Of a stretch of 64,000 nucleotides of DNA, positions 60,707 through 64,000 are shown one piece after another. The stretch lies in the NCBI GenBank assembly GCA_013265495.1, contig MU058213.1, positions 6,650,066-6,714,065 of the forward strand. The letters run 5' to 3'. The first letter of the stretch is position 1. Every line of letters begins with the position of its first letter. A model generated the notes under the pieces. It was not told the DNA's origin and ran no database searches. It was given only the letters and a program-made list of their open reading frames with translations. This DNA comes from Vicugna vicugna (taxonomy: Eukaryota). Position numbers and translations under genes: made by a program.

Positions 60707-63700
60707 TCCACATAGCATGGAGCACATTTTCAGTGAACTTAGAATCTACAAGTCTGCATTTAGAAGCTAGCTTTGCGACTCACTTTTGGGGTGATCTTTG
60801 GTCAGTTACTGCAGCCTCTTGAGCCGCGGTCCCCTCACTTGTGTCAGGAGGATTAGCATGACCCAGCACCCGGTGTGCTGAAGATGCCACTGGAGGGGGA
60901 GGCACTCTGGAACTATGAATGCTGTGCACCACCAGGGCTGTCTACTGCAGGATTGAGGGGAATTAGCGGTCCTAAGTGCTGACCACAGCCCAGGCTCATT
61001 TCACAGGGTCTGTCCACATTCTCAGAGGTTATCTCATGTGTTCTCAGGACCTGAAGAGATGTGGCCTGAAGCTCTCATTTATCATTTAATAAAAACAGGA
61101 GAGAGGACAGGACCGAGGACACTGTTTGGGGCAGGACTATTTAAAGGCCTCACCATTCATCGGGTTGTGGTTCGGGACCTTCAACAGAAACACATTAGGA
61201 AAGTTATTAAACATAACCCATGATACAGCCATTCACTAAGCTATCACACAGCCGGAGGAAATGACATTGTAGAGGATTTAATGACATGAAAAGATGGTCC
61301 CAGTGTTTTTAAGTAGAATAAGCTGGTTACAAAACAGAATAGAAATTATGATCCTTTCATAAACAGTATAGGTTTATAGAGGAGCAGACAGACCCTGGAG
61401 TGTTTGCTTTTGTCATCTCTACTTGGTAGAAACCTGGGTGGATTTTCTTTCTTTTGGCTTAGTGGTACTTCTTCAATTTTCTGCAGTAGAGAGGGATTGC
61501 CTTTGCAATAAAAGATTTTTTAAATAAATGAACTCAAGCAAGTTCAAACTGATGTGTTCACTAACTTCTCATACCTAGAGCATCGCGCTTGACCTAATCA
61601 CCCTCTGTTAGTCATTCTTCTAGCAACTGCGTGGCTGTGTTTCTTGCAAATAAACCACATCCTTATGCAGGGAGTCGAAGAGACTCCTTCCCTACCTCAG
61701 CATCAGCTAGAAGTAAGTCACAGTCCTGGCTGCACTGAAGACCATTGTCTACAGACAGTTTGTTTTTAGGCGACTCAGGAACAACCCCAGGCTGGTTTGG
61801 AAGCCTGGTAGAAATGCTCAGCCATCTTATAATGCACTCAGAGATGTATTTCCACGAGAGCAAAGGCGGTAGTAATCACTCTGTATAACACACATCGTTG
61901 TTGTACGCACATGTAGTTCTATTTGGCAAATTATGCATTCCCAGTGCCTCTTAATATACATGTAATCGGTAAGAGTGGTGTAAGTGTGGTTTAGTGGAAG
62001 GCAGGTGGACTGAGAATGAAATATTCATTCAGGTCACTCTTTGCAACTTATTCAAGACCATTTAGCTGCACGTGCCTCAGTTTCTTCATCTGTGTGGGAA
62101 CCCTGGTTAGGCTTGGTGGAGCCAGCACGAACCTTTAAAGAGACAGAGCTGAGTCTGAATCCCAGCCATGTGCTTTGGCGGTTGTGTTACTTAATTTAGT
62201 AATCCTCAGTTCTCCTTTCTGCTTAAGAGGACGCAACGCCTACTTCATGGAGGGCTATGCCTGGCACACGGGAGCTCTTCTGCCAAGGACAGGGAGAAAG
62301 GCCTGGTAACTCCATCTTTCGCTTGAATGGAGGAGAGAATTGGGTTCCTTTTTATGTTCCCATTGAAGTTGTGCAAAGCGTCACGAAGACATGACACTGA
62401 GCATCAGCAACAAGGTTCATGGCTCACCTGTTATGCACCTGCCACAAAAGGGTCTCCTGCCTTCGGCCGCATCAAGCAACAACTTGCTCCAAAGATACGC
62501 GTTATCTTGATAATAAAGCCTCCTCTTTCCAGCAATGGGGCTTTTAAATGTTGACAATTTTAGATAAAAAATCTTCCTACAATGTATTTTACAGTAATTA
62601 CTCATCATCCTGGCTTCTTAAACTAAACATACTGACCTGCATGTAACTTTCACTGATGTCTCAGCGCCGCACTCCTGTCTTTGGGAGTGTCAGCTCTCTA
62701 CCTGCCTTAGTTTGTGTCCCCTCCCTTCCTAGGCTCTGTGGGGTTTTTTTGTTTTTTGGGTTTTTTTTTTTTTTTGCTGCTATTGTACCTGCCTTGAAAA
62801 GCAGTCCTTCTCACCTCTGAGTTGCAATAAAATCTGTGCAACAGGATTCCTCAATGCAAACTCTCTCTTTGAGAAATAAGAAGCAAATCTGGAGAGGTGA
62901 AGAGAAGCCGTGGAGGTAAGGTCTCCTCGAGGTGTCTAATCGACAATGGACTGGGGAGCTGAGTGAAAGAGCTTAATAGGAATTGCACGGTAAATAAAAA
63001 TCAATAAGGATCAGATGAAAGTCTGCTGAACGAACGGAAGCGCATGGCTTGAGTCCAGCCACGGTGTGGCACTTCCTTTCCTGAGACCCTCAGAAATCTT
63101 TTCTCTATGCCTCGGGGATCAAGAGAGCTGAGGATGCTGGGAAACTGACCTCCAAGTAAGATAGGCCACCTATAGGCGTGCGCACGTGCACACACACACA
63201 CAGCACGTGCTGTATGTGCACAGACAGATACACACCCCTACATAGACAGGGGAGGAGACTGGGTACCTATATGGCTTAGCTCAACGAAATAAGCCCATTT
63301 AACCCCTGTGGGCTTAAACGGGTCTTGTTTTAAACGATGCACTTTGAGATAACCTGTAGGAGACCTGTGCACTGAATGTGTTAAAGGGCTTGAGAAATCC
63401 ACACAATTGGGTAGTCAAATCCTCACTCTCATTTCCTATCCTTTCCAGCAGCAACTGCCTCAAATGCCTATTGAAGAAAGCTGCCTTTTCTCTCCAACAC
63501 CACGGGACAGCCCGCCAGCGAAGGAACAAATACGGAAACTTTAACAGCATCTCGAGAGCGTTCCCCTCTTTGCTCCGCACCAACTACTGACAATCAATGT
63601 AAAAGTAATCCTAGTTTTTATTTGAAGCTATCTCGGCTTTAAAAGAACCTTCCAAAAAATGATTGATGCGATGAATTAAACCCATAGGTAACCCCTGAAA

Positions 63701-64000
63701 TCTGCTTTGAATAGCAACAAATTCCTAACAATATCTTCAACGCCTGCAGCAACGAAATCTAATCTCTGAACTCCTAAAGGTCAAGATTTGCTGTCTGGTA
63801 GCACGGCTCAAGAGTAAATGCTCCCTAATGCTGCGCGAGGCGATTGCTCTGCACTCCAGACAATGTCAATTTTGTCCAAGTAGCTGCAGATGTGTCTAGC
63901 ATTAAGTCAGAATGGTGTCAAGGGCCCTTCTTGAACACCGGCTGCTTCTCCGAGAGACTGGTCCTAAAGCCCCAGTCTATTACAGTCCATGCCCCAAAGG

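Noticed and set aside
59996..60822. Cluster of overlapping 60-155 aa ORFs
   Set aside because: Expected from stop-codon depletion in a CpG island and simple repeats; no protein similarity recognised.
62845..62915. Possible plus-strand exon ending gag/gtaagg
   Set aside because: Good donor but poor acceptor context and no recognisable product.
1..64000. CRISPR arrays, operons or other prokaryotic/phage systems
   Set aside because: The sequence is mammalian and repeat-rich; no regularly spaced repeat-spacer array or gene-dense region is seen.

Overview
Mammalian genomic DNA, most likely camelid (camel/alpaca/llama). This is inferred from three tRNA-Ala(AGC)-derived SINEs of the vic-1 type, cetartiodactyl-style young L1 3' ends, and the absence of Alu, B1/B2, Can-SINE or Bov-tA/BovB elements. 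I find no credible host protein-coding exon: the window looks intronic or intergenic, and the listed ORFs are short chance frames or transposon debris. It is dominated by interspersed repeats (old and young L1, L2, MIR, MaLR/ERVL LTRs, hAT and Tigger DNA transposons, solo ERV1 LTRs). These are separated by repeat-free blocks rich in homeodomain/TALE motifs that look like conserved enhancers. Most notable structures: (1) a ~6 kb two-LTR class I ERV provirus (50368-56402, MER34/MER4-group-like) with a tRNA-Leu-type PBS, an integrase GPY remnant and a broken env (CWIC, ISD, CX6CC, TM); (2) a retroposed 28S rRNA 3'-end copy (SINE28-like); (3) a twin-primed inverted L1 that is also chimeric with an older L1 tail inside a perfect 15-bp TSD; (4) an L1 3' transduction; (5) two locally templated repair-scar insertions; (6) an orphan CpG island with a CTCF-like motif, partly built on a CpG-enriched MIR. 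I did not find a new multi-gene biological system. Repeat subfamily names come from recalled consensus sequences and need RepeatMasker/Dfam confirmation.
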